Shown here one piece after another: positions 27,576-36,945 of a stretch of DNA of 64,000 nt (position 1 is the first letter of the stretch; every line of letters begins with the position of its first letter). The position numbers and the translations under genes are program-made. Below the pieces are notes generated by a model. That model was given only the letters and a program-made list of their open reading frames with translations, had not been told where the DNA came from and made no database searches. The stretch comes from Patescibacteria group bacterium (GTDB lineage Bacteria; Patescibacteriota; Patescibacteriia; UBA10025; JAHIVO01). The DNA is taken from contig JBAZKE010000003.1 in assembly GCA_041650915.1 (NCBI GenBank), positions 85,226 through 149,225 on the forward strand. Direction: 5' to 3'.

Positions 27576-28781
27576 ATGAAAACAATCGGAATTATAACCA
27601 GCGGAGGGGATTGCGGTGGACTGAATGCGGTGGTGAAGGGCGTGGCGCAGATGGCGCACCGCATGGGCGTGAAAACGTTTGCCATCCCCAACGGGTACGC
27701 GGGGTTGTATAACCTCGTCAATTTAAAAACGCTCGTTGAGCTCACGCCACAGCGCATGGATACGTTCAGCATCAACCTTGCGGGTTCAGAGGCAGGGCAT
27801 TCGCGCGTGAAGATTTCGAAAATCGAGGACCCGAAAAAGTATGAGCGCATTAAAAAAGGTTTAGAGAAATTTAAAATTGAGGGCCTCGTTATCAGCGGCG
27901 GCGATGACACGGGGAGTGTCATTATTGACCTTGAGAAGCACGGCATCAAGTGCGTGCACGCGCCCAAGACCATGGACCTTGATTTGGTGCCGTATTCGGT
28001 GGGCGGCGATTCGGCGATTGAGCGCATTGCCGAATTCGTGCGCGACCTGAAGACCACGGGCAGGACGCACAACCGCATTATGATTATCGAGGCGTTCGGC
28101 AGGTACGCAGGGCACGTGGCGTTCCGCGGCGGCATTGCCGGAGAATGCGACGCGATACTTATTCCGGAAATCCCCGTTGATTTCGCAGAACTGTACCGGC
28201 ACATGAAAAAAGTGTACACAAAGCGCATTATTGAGAGCGATATCAACGCCGGCACGTACACCATCGTTGTTGCAGAAGGCATTAAAAGCGCGTCCGGCGC
28301 TGAGCTGTTTGACGAGTCTGCGGGAGCTGATTCATTCGGGCACAAGAAGCTTGCGGGCGCGGGCAAGTACGTTGCACAGGAACTGAAGAAAATGCTCAAA
28401 GCCGATAAGGAGATCAAGGACTTCATGGTTTCGCAGGGAATGTACGTTGACGGGCAGTATGATTTGCCGGAGGTGCGCGTTATCGTGCCGTCGCATCTGG
28501 CGCGGTGCGGGTTCACCACAGCCAATGACGCGAATTTCGGCATGGAGGTCGGCGCGGGAGCGGCGTATTTGCTGCTCACCGGCGTGTCAGGCGTGACCGT
28601 GACCGGATACCGCAATGGCACGTTCTCGTACATGGATATTGCCGAGGCGATCAAGCGGCGCCTGGTTGATCTAGACCAGGTAGGGATATTCGAACAGCTC
28701 GGGTTCTGCTTTGGCCGCGTGCGCACGGAATTCAAGGCACAGCACAAAAAAGTGAGCGGCATGATTGACCGGATTTATTAA
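27576..28781 (+). CDS. pfkA: 6-phosphofructokinase (ATP- or PPi-dependent, PfkA family)
   Basis: Motifs GIITSGGDCGGLNAVVKG, GGDDTG and MIIEAFGR. Confidence 0.85.
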   Translation: MKTIGIITSGGDCGGLNAVVKGVAQMAHRMGVKTFAIPNGYAGLYNLVNLKTLVELTPQRMDTFSINLAGSEAGHSRVKISKIEDPKKYERIKKGLEKFKIEGLVISGGDDTGSVIIDLEKHGIKCVHAPKTMDLDLVPYSVGGDSAIERIAEFVRDLKTTGRTHNRIMIIEAFGRYAGHVAFRGGIAGECDAILIPEIPVDFAELYRHMKKVYTKRIIESDINAGTYTIVVAEGIKSASGAELFDESAGADSFGHKKLAGAGKYVAQELKKMLKADKEIKDFMVSQGMYVDGQYDLPEVRVIVPSHLARCGFTTANDANFGMEVGAGAAYLLLTGVSGVTVTGYRNGTFSYMDIAEAIKRRLVDLDQVGIFEQLGFCFGRVRTEFKAQHKKVSGMIDRIY

Positions 28782-28846
28782 TTATCCCGTTATAATAGCT
28801 TTATATAAAAAAATAGCAGAAAGCTAATTATTTAATCAAACTGAAT

Positions 28847-29857
28847 ATGCCAGAAAACGAACTTCACGCTATCGCGCAACAGATGGTCGCCGATTACAAA
28901 GGACTGCTTGCCGCGGACGAAAGCGCTCCCACGGCGGCAAAACGCCTGTCGTCAGTCGGTATGGAATCGACCGAGGAAAACCGCCGGCAGTACCGGAACC
29001 TTTTCCTGACCACGGAGGGAATCGAGCAGTACCTGTCCGGCGTTATATTTTTTGAAGAGACGCTCGCGCAAAAATCTGATGGCGGGGTGCTGTTTCCGGA
29101 GCTGCTCCAGCAGAAGGGGATCATCCCGGGGATCAAGGTTGATAAGGGCGCGAAAGACCTCGCGCTGTTTTCCGGCGAGAAGATCACCGAAGGGCTCGAC
29201 GGCCTCCGCGAGCGCCTGAAGGGGTACTACGAAGCGGGGTGCCGGTTCGCCAAATGGCGGTCGGTCATCAAGATCGAAGGCACGAAGCTCCCCTCCGAGA
29301 CGTGCCTGAGCGCGAATGCGTACGGGCTCGCGCAGTACGCCGCGCTCGTCCAAGAGGCGGGCATGGTGCCGGTCGTTGAGCCGGAGGTCCTGTATGACAA
29401 AGGCGGCCACGATATCAAGCGCGCCGAGCAGGTTACGGCCGAGACGCTGAAGGTAACGTTCGACGCGCTCGAACGCTTCCGGGTCGACCTCAAGGGCGTT
29501 ATCCTCAAATCGAGCATGGTGCTCACGAGCAAGGAGTATGAGCCCCAATCGGCTCCCGACGAGGTCGCGGCAGCCACCATACGCTGCTTCCAGCAGTCAA
29601 TACCGTCAGAGCTTCCCGGCATCGTTTTTCTGTCGGGCGGGCAGTCTTCCGAGCAGGCGACGGTAAACCTCAATGCGGTAAATACGATCAACCCAGGCCC
29701 ATGGAAAATCAGCTTTTCGTACGGCCGGGCGCTGCAGGGCGATTCACTGAAGGTATGGGCGGGCAAGCCGGAGAACGTCGCGGCTGCGCAGGCTGAGTTT
29801 GTGAAGCGCATGAAAGCGGTTACCGCGGCAAATCGCGGCGAGTATCGGGCTGCGTAG
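28847..29857 (+). CDS. fba: Fructose-bisphosphate aldolase, class I
   Basis: Class I aldolase N-terminus KGLLAADESAPTAAKR, and a Schiff-base Lys region. Confidence 0.8.
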   Translation: MPENELHAIAQQMVADYKGLLAADESAPTAAKRLSSVGMESTEENRRQYRNLFLTTEGIEQYLSGVIFFEETLAQKSDGGVLFPELLQQKGIIPGIKVDKGAKDLALFSGEKITEGLDGLRERLKGYYEAGCRFAKWRSVIKIEGTKLPSETCLSANAYGLAQYAALVQEAGMVPVVEPEVLYDKGGHDIKRAEQVTAETLKVTFDALERFRVDLKGVILKSSMVLTSKEYEPQSAPDEVAAATIRCFQQSIPSELPGIVFLSGGQSSEQATVNLNAVNTINPGPWKISFSYGRALQGDSLKVWAGKPENVAAAQAEFVKRMKAVTAANRGEYRAA

Positions 29858-29886
29858 TTTCGGTTTTCGTTCAAAAAGCGTGTATC

Positions 29887-29918
29887 CAGGCGCCCGCCTG
29901 ACGGCGGGCGCCTGTTTG
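29887..29918. terminator. Bidirectional terminator between convergent genes
   Basis: 12-bp perfect stem CAGGCGCCCGCC-TGAC-GGCGGGCGCCTG followed by TTTGG. Confidence 0.65.
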
Positions 29919-29951
29919 GCGCTGTTTGTTATAAGCGCACCTTTTTGGATA

Positions 29952-30425
29952 TTATGCGAAAAACAGCGAAAAAATCAGCTCATCGGTGCCATTGTGGTAA
30001 TGGTTCCTGAGGATTGCTTCCTGCTGCATGCCCTTATTGAGGAAGAATTCCTTGATTTCGCGGTTATCCGCGTGGATCATCGAAAAAATTTTACGCAGCC
30101 GAAAACCGCGCTGCTTATAAAAATAGTCAGCTTCGGCAATGACCTGGTCAAACAGCATTTCCTTGACGTACTCCGTGTCAGCCGGTGCGGCATCGAGGGC
30201 CAGCCGGCATAGTTCCGCAACGCCGTGCGAAAGCAATCCCTCGGTTTTCCAGCTGACTAAGCCTACCACCCGGCCATGTTCTTCCGCGATGCGGTAGTGC
30301 TGGTATGCGCACTCGTTCCTGAACGTTTTCTCCGCGATTGCGAGTGACGGGAAGGAAAATTTTTTTGCTAAGAGATCCGAAACCTGCTGGCTATCCTGGC
30401 GCGAAGCCCTCCGTATTGTCGCCAT
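29952..30425 (-). CDS. GNAT family N-acetyltransferase
   Basis: 157 aa. GNAT fold motifs (RVVGLVSW..., and C-terminal NREIKEFFLNKGMQQEAIL.. HYHNG). Confidence 0.65.
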   Translation of the reverse strand: MATIRRASRQDSQQVSDLLAKKFSFPSLAIAEKTFRNECAYQHYRIAEEHGRVVGLVSWKTEGLLSHGVAELCRLALDAAPADTEYVKEMLFDQVIAEADYFYKQRGFRLRKIFSMIHADNREIKEFFLNKGMQQEAILRNHYHNGTDELIFSLFFA

Positions 30426-30581
30426 GTAAAATGATTTCTGTTATTTTTTTTGAATGTAGTATCAATTATAGCAGATCGGCAGAAAAAATCAAGAGCAGGG
30501 CATGAGCAGAATCATTTTTTTGCTTGCCGCTTGCAGAAAATTCCATCAAGAATAAAAAAAAGAGGCGGCACGTGGACCGTA

Positions 30582-30631
30582 CGCCAAGAAAAACGGCACT
30601 CCTGGAGTTGGCGGAGTGCCGTCTGTTTTTT
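30582..30631 (-). terminator. Hairpin terminator downstream of the minus-strand OMP-like gene
   Basis: CGGCACTCC..GGAGTGCCG stem with T-runs on both strands. Confidence 0.55.
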
Positions 30632-30648
30632 TGTGGGAGCTCTCATCC

Positions 30649-31968
30649 CTAGAACCATGCGGTCGTAGTGATTGCGCCTCCCTCGAATCCTGTTGTGCCG
30701 AATGCCCCCGTCGCTTCAAACCGGACGTTTCCGAGCCGTCCGCCGCAGCTGAGCATATGCTGCTCGTGCCCGGGGCTCTCGAGCTTTCGCTCCATGAAAT
30801 CGAACGTGACCTCTTCCTGGTAGCTGTAGGCGTATCCCAGGAATGGCTGGGATCTGAATCGGGTCCAGGTGTAGTACACCGCGCCTTTGAAGCTCTTACT
30901 CACGAGATAGTCCGTGGGCTCGAACTCGAAGTACGCTGCGTACCAGCCGATCTTTCCGTGCTCCTGGGTATGGATATCCTGCACCCTGATGTCGAACGAC
31001 TGGTTGTTTACCACCCTCGTCGGCATGAGCATCGAACGGAAACCGGCCCGGAACAGCATGTTGAGCACGGCATCGGGCATGTCATGTCCGTAGAACGAGC
31101 CCATTGCGTAGATGTTCTTGCTCCCCGGTTTAATCGTCGCCTTGGCGTACAGCGACGGCGACCACGAGGTTGAGTCGTCCGATGACGGCAACCCGATGGC
31201 GATTGTCCACGCCCTCGTCTCCCCGCTCCACTCGAGCGAGTCAATGCGGTGGGCGAAGCCAGCGCCGATGCGCCACGGCCCGGCGGGCACGAGGCAGCTC
31301 ACCATGAGTTTGTCTCTGAAGCGGTGCTCTTGGCCGGGCTCCTGGGCGTAGTGCCGCGAGAATCCCGCGTACAAGTACCGGTTCGTTTCGATCGGCTTCT
31401 GGACCGGCGTGCCGTCCGGGGCGAAACCAGTGCAGTATGCCGTGTTCGTCATCGTCCGCTCCGCCATGGCAAAGTAGATTTCCGGCGATTGCCCGTAGAA
31501 GAGCTCCTCGCCGTATTCGATGCGCCAGGTTCGCGACGGCCGGTACTCGAGGTACATGCCGAGAGCCTGTGTCGCCGCGCCGTTGTCACTGTCGACCCAC
31601 GAGTTGTACACGAGCCGGAGCTTCACTTTTCGCGACATGATCGCGGTGCCTCCGAATGAATTCTCGGATTTGTTCGTGCCGAGGCCGGTGAGCTCTACGT
31701 TCCGGTAGTCGAACCCCGTCGTACGAAACGTGAAGAGGGTATATGGCCCCGACGAGAGGGAAAGGTTGGTGCCGTACGTACCGTACGTACCGCGGTTGTC
31801 GTTACCGAGGAATTTATCGAGCCAGCCGAACTCGCCGGTCAGGCGAAAATCAGTAATGGCCCGATAGCTCGCTTCAGCGCTTCCCTGGCCATGCGGCTGG
31901 GCGCACACTGCCGATGCTGATGCAACAAGCAGAACGCACAGCACTGCGATTGTTTTCTGTCTGTACAT
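30649..31968 (-). CDS. Secreted beta-rich protein with a signal peptide and C-terminal ...TAWF (outer-membrane beta-barrel-like)
   Basis: RBS AGGAGGG, then a signal peptide MYRQKTIAVLCVLLVASASAVCAQ. The mature part is full of alternating aromatic/polar beta-strand patterns and Gly/Tyr. The C-terminal residue is Phe. Confidence 0.5.
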   Translation of the reverse strand: MYRQKTIAVLCVLLVASASAVCAQPHGQGSAEASYRAITDFRLTGEFGWLDKFLGNDNRGTYGTYGTNLSLSSGPYTLFTFRTTGFDYRNVELTGLGTNKSENSFGGTAIMSRKVKLRLVYNSWVDSDNGAATQALGMYLEYRPSRTWRIEYGEELFYGQSPEIYFAMAERTMTNTAYCTGFAPDGTPVQKPIETNRYLYAGFSRHYAQEPGQEHRFRDKLMVSCLVPAGPWRIGAGFAHRIDSLEWSGETRAWTIAIGLPSSDDSTSWSPSLYAKATIKPGSKNIYAMGSFYGHDMPDAVLNMLFRAGFRSMLMPTRVVNNQSFDIRVQDIHTQEHGKIGWYAAYFEFEPTDYLVSKSFKGAVYYTWTRFRSQPFLGYAYSYQEEVTFDFMERKLESPGHEQHMLSCGGRLGNVRFEATGAFGTTGFEGGAITTTAWF

Positions 31969-32140
31969 TGTTTCCCTCCTGGGGTTTTTGGTTGTTATTG
32001 GTTCAGTTTCTATTTTCTGGTTGGCCGTTAACCTTACCAGCGGTTCTGGCGTGCTGTCAAGCGGGCGTATTGCATACTGTGCCACGGCGCGGTACTATGG
32101 ATACGGAAAAAATATCGGCCTTTTCATGAGGAGGAGCAGC

Positions 32141-32608
32141 ATGGATATATCGCGTTCCCTACAGTGCTTCATGTGCCGCGGCGCGTGCAGCTGCATCATT
32201 GGTTTCAGCGACGGCAAGGGCCACTCCTGGACCTTCTGGCGCTGCCCGGCCTGCAGCCGCAACCTCATCGAGGTCGGTGAGGGTATCCGCGTTGAAATCG
32301 TGGTAACGGACGTCGAGGTAGGCGAGTTTCTCAGGCGAACCCTTAGCGGCACGTTTGACCACGCCGCTCTGGAACAGCTCTTTACCGACAGCCGGATATT
32401 CCACTGTCCCCGGTGCGGGGGCCAGCTCAGCGAAGCGGGTAAGCACCGGGTCTACATTACGAAGCAGTCGGAGATCGAGGGTCGCATACGTTCGGTAACG
32501 GTGCAGGCGGAGCTACAGTGTACGCGGCGTTTCTGCGGACCGCGCACGTTCACGGCTACCTATCGCCGCGGCAACCAACATTACACGCTCGAGGAGCGTG
32601 CGGGGTGA
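32141..32608 (+). CDS. Cys-rich zinc-ribbon protein (hypothetical)
   Basis: RBS GAGGAGGAG. Several CxxC pairs (CFMC, CPAC, CPRC). Confidence 0.45.
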   Translation: MDISRSLQCFMCRGACSCIIGFSDGKGHSWTFWRCPACSRNLIEVGEGIRVEIVVTDVEVGEFLRRTLSGTFDHAALEQLFTDSRIFHCPRCGGQLSEAGKHRVYITKQSEIEGRIRSVTVQAELQCTRRFCGPRTFTATYRRGNQHYTLEERAG

Positions 32609-32673
32609 CCTCTCTCATTACGGGAGAGGTCGCGTTTTTTGTCCGGCACGCCGACTTGGAGTATACTGACTGC

Positions 32674-33189
32674 ATGGGACAGAAGAAGCTTATCGTTTTT
32701 TTTGGGAAACCGGGCGCCGGCAAATCGACGATCATTCGAGAGACGTTTGCCCAGGAAAGGATTGTTGATGTTAAGGATTATGTTCTTCGCTACCGGGCGG
32801 GAGACGACGTTCCGGAGGAGAAAACAATCGACGGGTACCGTGATATGTACCGCTTTGTTATCTCACTGAAGGATCCCGTAGTCGTGCTCGAGCTCGGCAC
32901 GAACCATCCCGTGTACAACGTTGAACAGCTGAAGGCGCTGGGAGCATCGAGGGTGGTCGTGATTTTTCTATGTACCGCGTCGGTTGATACGCTCGATGAG
33001 CGGCTCCGGAACCGGTCAGCCCGCTTCATCGGCGACCTGGCCAGGATACGCGAGCGGCTGCAGCGCCCGTTTCCGAACGAACTTATTCCGCTCCTTGAGT
33101 TGGCGGGTTTGTCCTATACAGTACTCGATATGGAACAGCCCTGGACAGATAACGTGATTTTAATCAACCAGCGGCTGCGTGATGCATAG
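32674..33189 (+). CDS. P-loop kinase (AAA_33/zeta-toxin-like nucleotide kinase fold)
   Basis: Walker A FFGKPGAGKST at the N-terminus, and a Walker-B-like VVIFLCTASVD. 171 aa. Confidence 0.55.
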   Translation: MGQKKLIVFFGKPGAGKSTIIRETFAQERIVDVKDYVLRYRAGDDVPEEKTIDGYRDMYRFVISLKDPVVVLELGTNHPVYNVEQLKALGASRVVVIFLCTASVDTLDERLRNRSARFIGDLARIRERLQRPFPNELIPLLELAGLSYTVLDMEQPWTDNVILINQRLRDA

Positions 33190-33997
33190 TATGCGGGTGC
33201 AACGGGCACAATTTCAACGGACTGTTCTGAATTACTACCGGCAGTGCAGGCGCGATCTGCCGTGGCGGCATGCGATAACGCCCTATAAGGTTTTTGTTTC
33301 AGAAATCATGCTGCAGCAGACGCAGGTGAAGCGCGTTATCGAGCGGTACCCCGTATTTATCAGGGAGTTCCCCGGTTTTGCTGCGCTTGCCCGGGCGCCG
33401 CTGAGAAGAATACTCGCGGCCTGGAGCGGGCTCGGGTACAACCGCCGGTCCCTCGCACTCAAGCGCTCCGCCGAAATTATCGTCCGAAGCTACCGCGGAC
33501 GGCTGCCGCGCACGCTCGCAGAACTCGTGGCGCTTCCCGGCGTCGGTCACGCGACGGCGTGCGCTGTTCTTGCGTACGCATTCAACGAGCCGGTCGCGTT
33601 CATCGAAACGAATATCCGTACGGTGTACATCCACCACTTCTTCCGTGATCAGGGAAAAGTCTCTGACCAGGACATCCTGCGGCTCGTTGAAGCAACGGCC
33701 GACCGCCGTAATCCGCGGCAGTGGTACTGGGCGCTCATGGACTACGGCACGCACATCAAAAAACGGTACGGCAATCCCGGCAGGAAGAGCGCGCACTATG
33801 TCCAACAGCCGCCGTTTGGGGGGTCGCACCGGCAGGTGAGGGGCAGGGTGCTCGCCACGCTTGCGAAACGGGCATGCAGCGTACGCGAGCTCGGGCAAGG
33901 ACTGCAGATGCCCCTCCGCCCGATTCAGGAAGCGGTGAACGAGCTGCAGCAGGAAGGTTTTATCGCCGCTGGCAGGGGGCGATACCGGATCGCCTGA
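33182..33997 (+). CDS. HhH-GPD family DNA glycosylase (MutY/Nth-like) without the C-terminal 4Cys Fe-S motif
   Basis: The helix-hairpin-helix LVALPGVGHATACAVLAYAF plus catalytic-Asp context. No CX6CX2CX5C cluster. The alternative start at 33191 is just after the upstream stop. Confidence 0.7.
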   Translation: MHSMRVQRAQFQRTVLNYYRQCRRDLPWRHAITPYKVFVSEIMLQQTQVKRVIERYPVFIREFPGFAALARAPLRRILAAWSGLGYNRRSLALKRSAEIIVRSYRGRLPRTLAELVALPGVGHATACAVLAYAFNEPVAFIETNIRTVYIHHFFRDQGKVSDQDILRLVEATADRRNPRQWYWALMDYGTHIKKRYGNPGRKSAHYVQQPPFGGSHRQVRGRVLATLAKRACSVRELGQGLQMPLRPIQEAVNELQQEGFIAAGRGRYRIA

Positions 33998-34025
33998 AGG
34001 CACACAAGTGGTGTATACTTACGGT

Positions 34026-34616
34026 ATGGCAACGGAGAAGCGGATAAACAGAATCCAGGAAGTGGTTGAAAAGCGGCAGTCAGGGATGACTGTTGTTTTG
34101 GAAGATATTCATGACCCCCACAATATTGAAGCCATTTTCCGCAGCTGTGATGCCTTCGGCATCCAGCGGGTGTGCGTCATTTTTGAGCGTGAGCAGTATT
34201 TCAATCCCAAGCGGATCGGCAAGTCCACCTCCTCATCAGCAAATAAGTGGCTCGATTTTTCGGTCTACCGGTCTACGGGCGAGTGCCTCGACGCGCTGGC
34301 CGCAAGCCGGCACTCGATCGTGGCGACGTCGCTGCGGCCGACGGCGGCCAGCATCTACACGGCGGATTTCAGTGCCGAGCGGATCGCGCTGTTCGTGGGC
34401 AATGAGCACCGCGGCCTGTCACAGAGCGTATACGAACGCGCCGACACGGTCGTGAGGATCCCGATGCTCGGCATGGTCGAGAGTTTGAATGTTTCGGTGA
34501 CTGCCGCGGTTTTTCTCTACGAGATTAGCCGCCAGCGCGCCGCTGCCGGCAAAACGTTTCTCCTGAGCGGCCCCGATCGGGACGGGCTCGCACGCGATTT
34601 ATTACAACGACAGTAG
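34026..34616 (+). CDS. trmH: SpoU/TrmH family RNA 2'-O-methyltransferase
   Basis: SPOUT motifs VVLEDIHDPHNIEAIFRSCDAFG, LFVGNEHRGLS and ESLNVSVTAAVFLYE. An alternative GTG start lies at 34008. Confidence 0.8.
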   Translation: MATEKRINRIQEVVEKRQSGMTVVLEDIHDPHNIEAIFRSCDAFGIQRVCVIFEREQYFNPKRIGKSTSSSANKWLDFSVYRSTGECLDALAASRHSIVATSLRPTAASIYTADFSAERIALFVGNEHRGLSQSVYERADTVVRIPMLGMVESLNVSVTAAVFLYEISRQRAAAGKTFLLSGPDRDGLARDLLQRQ

Positions 34617-34619
34617 GAT

Positions 34620-35576
34620 ATGATAAACCGATGGTTAAAATTTGTGCTGCTCTTCCTCGGGCTCTGCGTGGTTGTCGTCTGCGCTTCGTACCTCGTTCCG
34701 CTGCCGGAGCAGGAGTATACTGATCTGAGCGACCTCGTTCCGAGCACCGGGCACCTGATAACCGTGCAGGGCATTAGGACGTTCGTTGAGGATGTCGGCC
34801 CCCGTGACGGAGAGGTTGTGCTGCTCATACACGGTTTCGGCGGGGGAACATTCAACTGGCGGTACACGATTCCGGCACTCAGCCGCGCAGGCTACCGCGC
34901 GATCGCATTCGACCTCAAAGGTTTCCATCTGAGCGATAAGTCGGGGGAAGAAAATTACTCGCTTCCGAGCCAGGCGGCTTTTGTCTCTGCGGTGCTCGAC
35001 GAGCTGGGCATAGAACGTTTCAATGTGGTCGGCCACAGCATGGGCGCGCATGTCGCCGCACTCTTTGCGCTGCAGAACCCGGACCGCGTCAAGAAGCTCA
35101 TCATTGTCGATGGCGCGATCATGACGGAAGACAGCTCGCTGCTCAATGCCGCCGGATCGCTCCTTTCGTTTCCGCCGATCGGGCGGTGGGCGCAGATTTA
35201 CCTCCGCTCATTCCTCACCAGGGAAGAGATCGGCGAGAGGCTCGGGAAATTTTATCACGATCGGGGATTCATAACTGACCAGCTCATCGGCGAATATGCC
35301 GCCGTGACCCGGCTGGAGAACTGGGATGCGGGCTTGATAAAATTCGTGAAAGATTCCAGGAAAAATACGCTCGAGCGCCCGCTCTCAGGCCTTGCCATGC
35401 CGGTGCTGATTATCTGGGGATCGGAAGATGAGGCGGTGCCGGTCGAGTCTGGCAACGAACTGCGCGCACAGATGCCTTCTGCCGAGTGGACCGTTTTTTC
35501 AAACGCTGGCCACGTGCCGATGGAAGAGCGTTCGGATGCGTTCAATGTTCGTTTGCTGGAGTTTTTACGGTTTTAA
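34620..35576 (+). CDS. Alpha/beta hydrolase fold protein with an N-terminal membrane anchor
   Basis: HGFGGG oxyanion region, nucleophile elbow GHSMG, and a C-terminal Asp/His. Confidence 0.8.
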   Translation: MINRWLKFVLLFLGLCVVVVCASYLVPLPEQEYTDLSDLVPSTGHLITVQGIRTFVEDVGPRDGEVVLLIHGFGGGTFNWRYTIPALSRAGYRAIAFDLKGFHLSDKSGEENYSLPSQAAFVSAVLDELGIERFNVVGHSMGAHVAALFALQNPDRVKKLIIVDGAIMTEDSSLLNAAGSLLSFPPIGRWAQIYLRSFLTREEIGERLGKFYHDRGFITDQLIGEYAAVTRLENWDAGLIKFVKDSRKNTLERPLSGLAMPVLIIWGSEDEAVPVESGNELRAQMPSAEWTVFSNAGHVPMEERSDAFNVRLLEFLRF

Positions 35577-35647
35577 GTAGCACTGCCTCTTGCCGGATTC
35601 CTGGCTTTTCCCCGCATGTCAGCGCAGCGGGGAGTTTTTTAGTCCCC

Positions 35648-35676
35648 TTGACCTGCCTGCCAGCTCGTTGTATGCT
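35648..35676 (+). promoter_or_regulatory. Sigma70-like promoter (TTGACC, 17 nt, TATGCT) at the start of an AT-rich islet
   Basis: Read directly. A second TTGACA/TAAAGT pair and a 9-bp inverted repeat CAGCCTATT..AATAGGCTG lie downstream in the leader. Confidence 0.35.
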
Positions 35677-35867
35677 GCCTTGGGTTTTGTGGAAAAAGAC
35701 ATTGACAATGATATAGGCTTATGTTAAAGTCCGTTAAATATCAACCGCACATTACCAATGTGAAATAGCAATTTAATACAGCCTATTTTAGGATAATAGG
35801 CTGAAGTAACGCAAACCTTTTCATAGGAAGCAGCTCTCGTAAGTAGAGTTGAAGGAGGTCAGTGTCC

Positions 35868-36461
35868 ATGTTGGACGAATTTGAAAGAAACGGGAGAGTA
35901 TATAAACCAGGGGATATGCTCCTGTTTGAAGAGTCTAATGGACCGGGATTCGCGAACTCACTCTGGCTCTCAAGGATAACGTCGATTGAGGATCGTGGAT
36001 CCGGGTTGGTTGTGGCTGATCTTGGCGTTGGCGGGGAATATTGCTTGACGGGGCATTTCTGTATCGCCCACAACTATGCAGAACATGAAACCTGGCGCTG
36101 CGGTGCAAGTCATTGCTGTCCACTCTACGTGACCATCGTTGATGACAATTTCAAGTGGGGGGTCTCACCTGAACAACTTGAGTACGGCATGCTCATAGTG
36201 TACAGAGCGGCGGAAGATTATTGGCCTACGCCGATCCGCATTGGGAAAATACAGCGATATGACCATCCTCATGAATTGAGCTATCGGACTCATGGGGAGA
36301 TCGAGTTTTCCCTTCTCAATACAGATCGTATCCTCCGGTATCTGCCTGAGGAGGAACATAAGTGGCAGTTGTGGCTGTCGGGTCGCGACGTTTTCCCAAG
36401 GAAGGAGATACAACTTGCGCTGTTGCACAAAAAGGAAAACAGTGCTCCAAAGAACAAATAG
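35868..36461 (+). CDS. Hypothetical protein (197 aa) in a low-GC islet
   Basis: An RBS AGGAGG precedes the start. A hairpin terminator GGGTGTCCA..TGGACACCC plus T-run lies downstream. Confidence 0.5.
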   Translation: MLDEFERNGRVYKPGDMLLFEESNGPGFANSLWLSRITSIEDRGSGLVVADLGVGGEYCLTGHFCIAHNYAEHETWRCGASHCCPLYVTIVDDNFKWGVSPEQLEYGMLIVYRAAEDYWPTPIRIGKIQRYDHPHELSYRTHGEIEFSLLNTDRILRYLPEEEHKWQLWLSGRDVFPRKEIQLALLHKKENSAPKNK

Positions 36462-36543
36462 CACTGTACATTTTCCGACATAGGGTGTCCAATTATTTAT
36501 CAACAATGATTTATGGACACCCTTTTCTTTTTCCAAAAAACTA

Positions 36544-36572
36544 TTGCGCGAATTTTTAAAATGTGCTATAAT
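36544..36572 (+). promoter_or_regulatory. Extended -10 promoter (TTGCGC, 17 nt, TGcTATAAT)
   Basis: Read directly; upstream of the basic peptide gene. Confidence 0.4.
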
Positions 36573-36667
36573 GCCATTAACGTAATAAAGGTTTTTATTT
36601 TTTCTCTTTTATATTTTTGGAGTGATACGCTAGCAAACTTTACACTTTTCGAAAGGGGGTGAAAGTC

Positions 36668-36796
36668 ATGGCGAAGAAAAAGAAAGCAGCAAAGAAGCGG
36701 AAGCCGGTGAGGAAAGTGGCAAAACGGAGGAAGCCGGCAAAAAGGAGAAAGGTTGCCAAGAAGAAAGTAGTTCGCAGAAAGAAACGGAGAAAGTAG
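36668..36796 (+). CDS. 42-aa extremely Lys/Arg-rich peptide (MAKKKKAAKKRKPVRKVAKRRKPAKRRKVAKKKVVRRKKRRK)
   Basis: An RBS AAAGGGGGTG lies 6 nt before the ATG. It is below the ORF-track cutoff and was translated by hand. Nucleic-acid-binding/histone-H1-like composition. Confidence 0.45.
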   Translation: MAKKKKAAKKRKPVRKVAKRRKPAKRRKVAKKKVVRRKKRRK

Positions 36797-36945
36797 CATC
36801 GGAGTTACTTTAGTATACGGGCACATTGCCTATATAACCTTAAGAGCGGCACACTATGGCCGCTTTTAAGGTTTATAAGGCTTGATACGTCGGCTGTAGT
36901 ATACTAAAGAGGCGGTGCATCGGGCGCCGCTATCGGTAAAAACGT

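Noticed and set aside
27572-28762. 396-aa minus-strand ORF
   Set aside because: Antisense to 6-phosphofructokinase.
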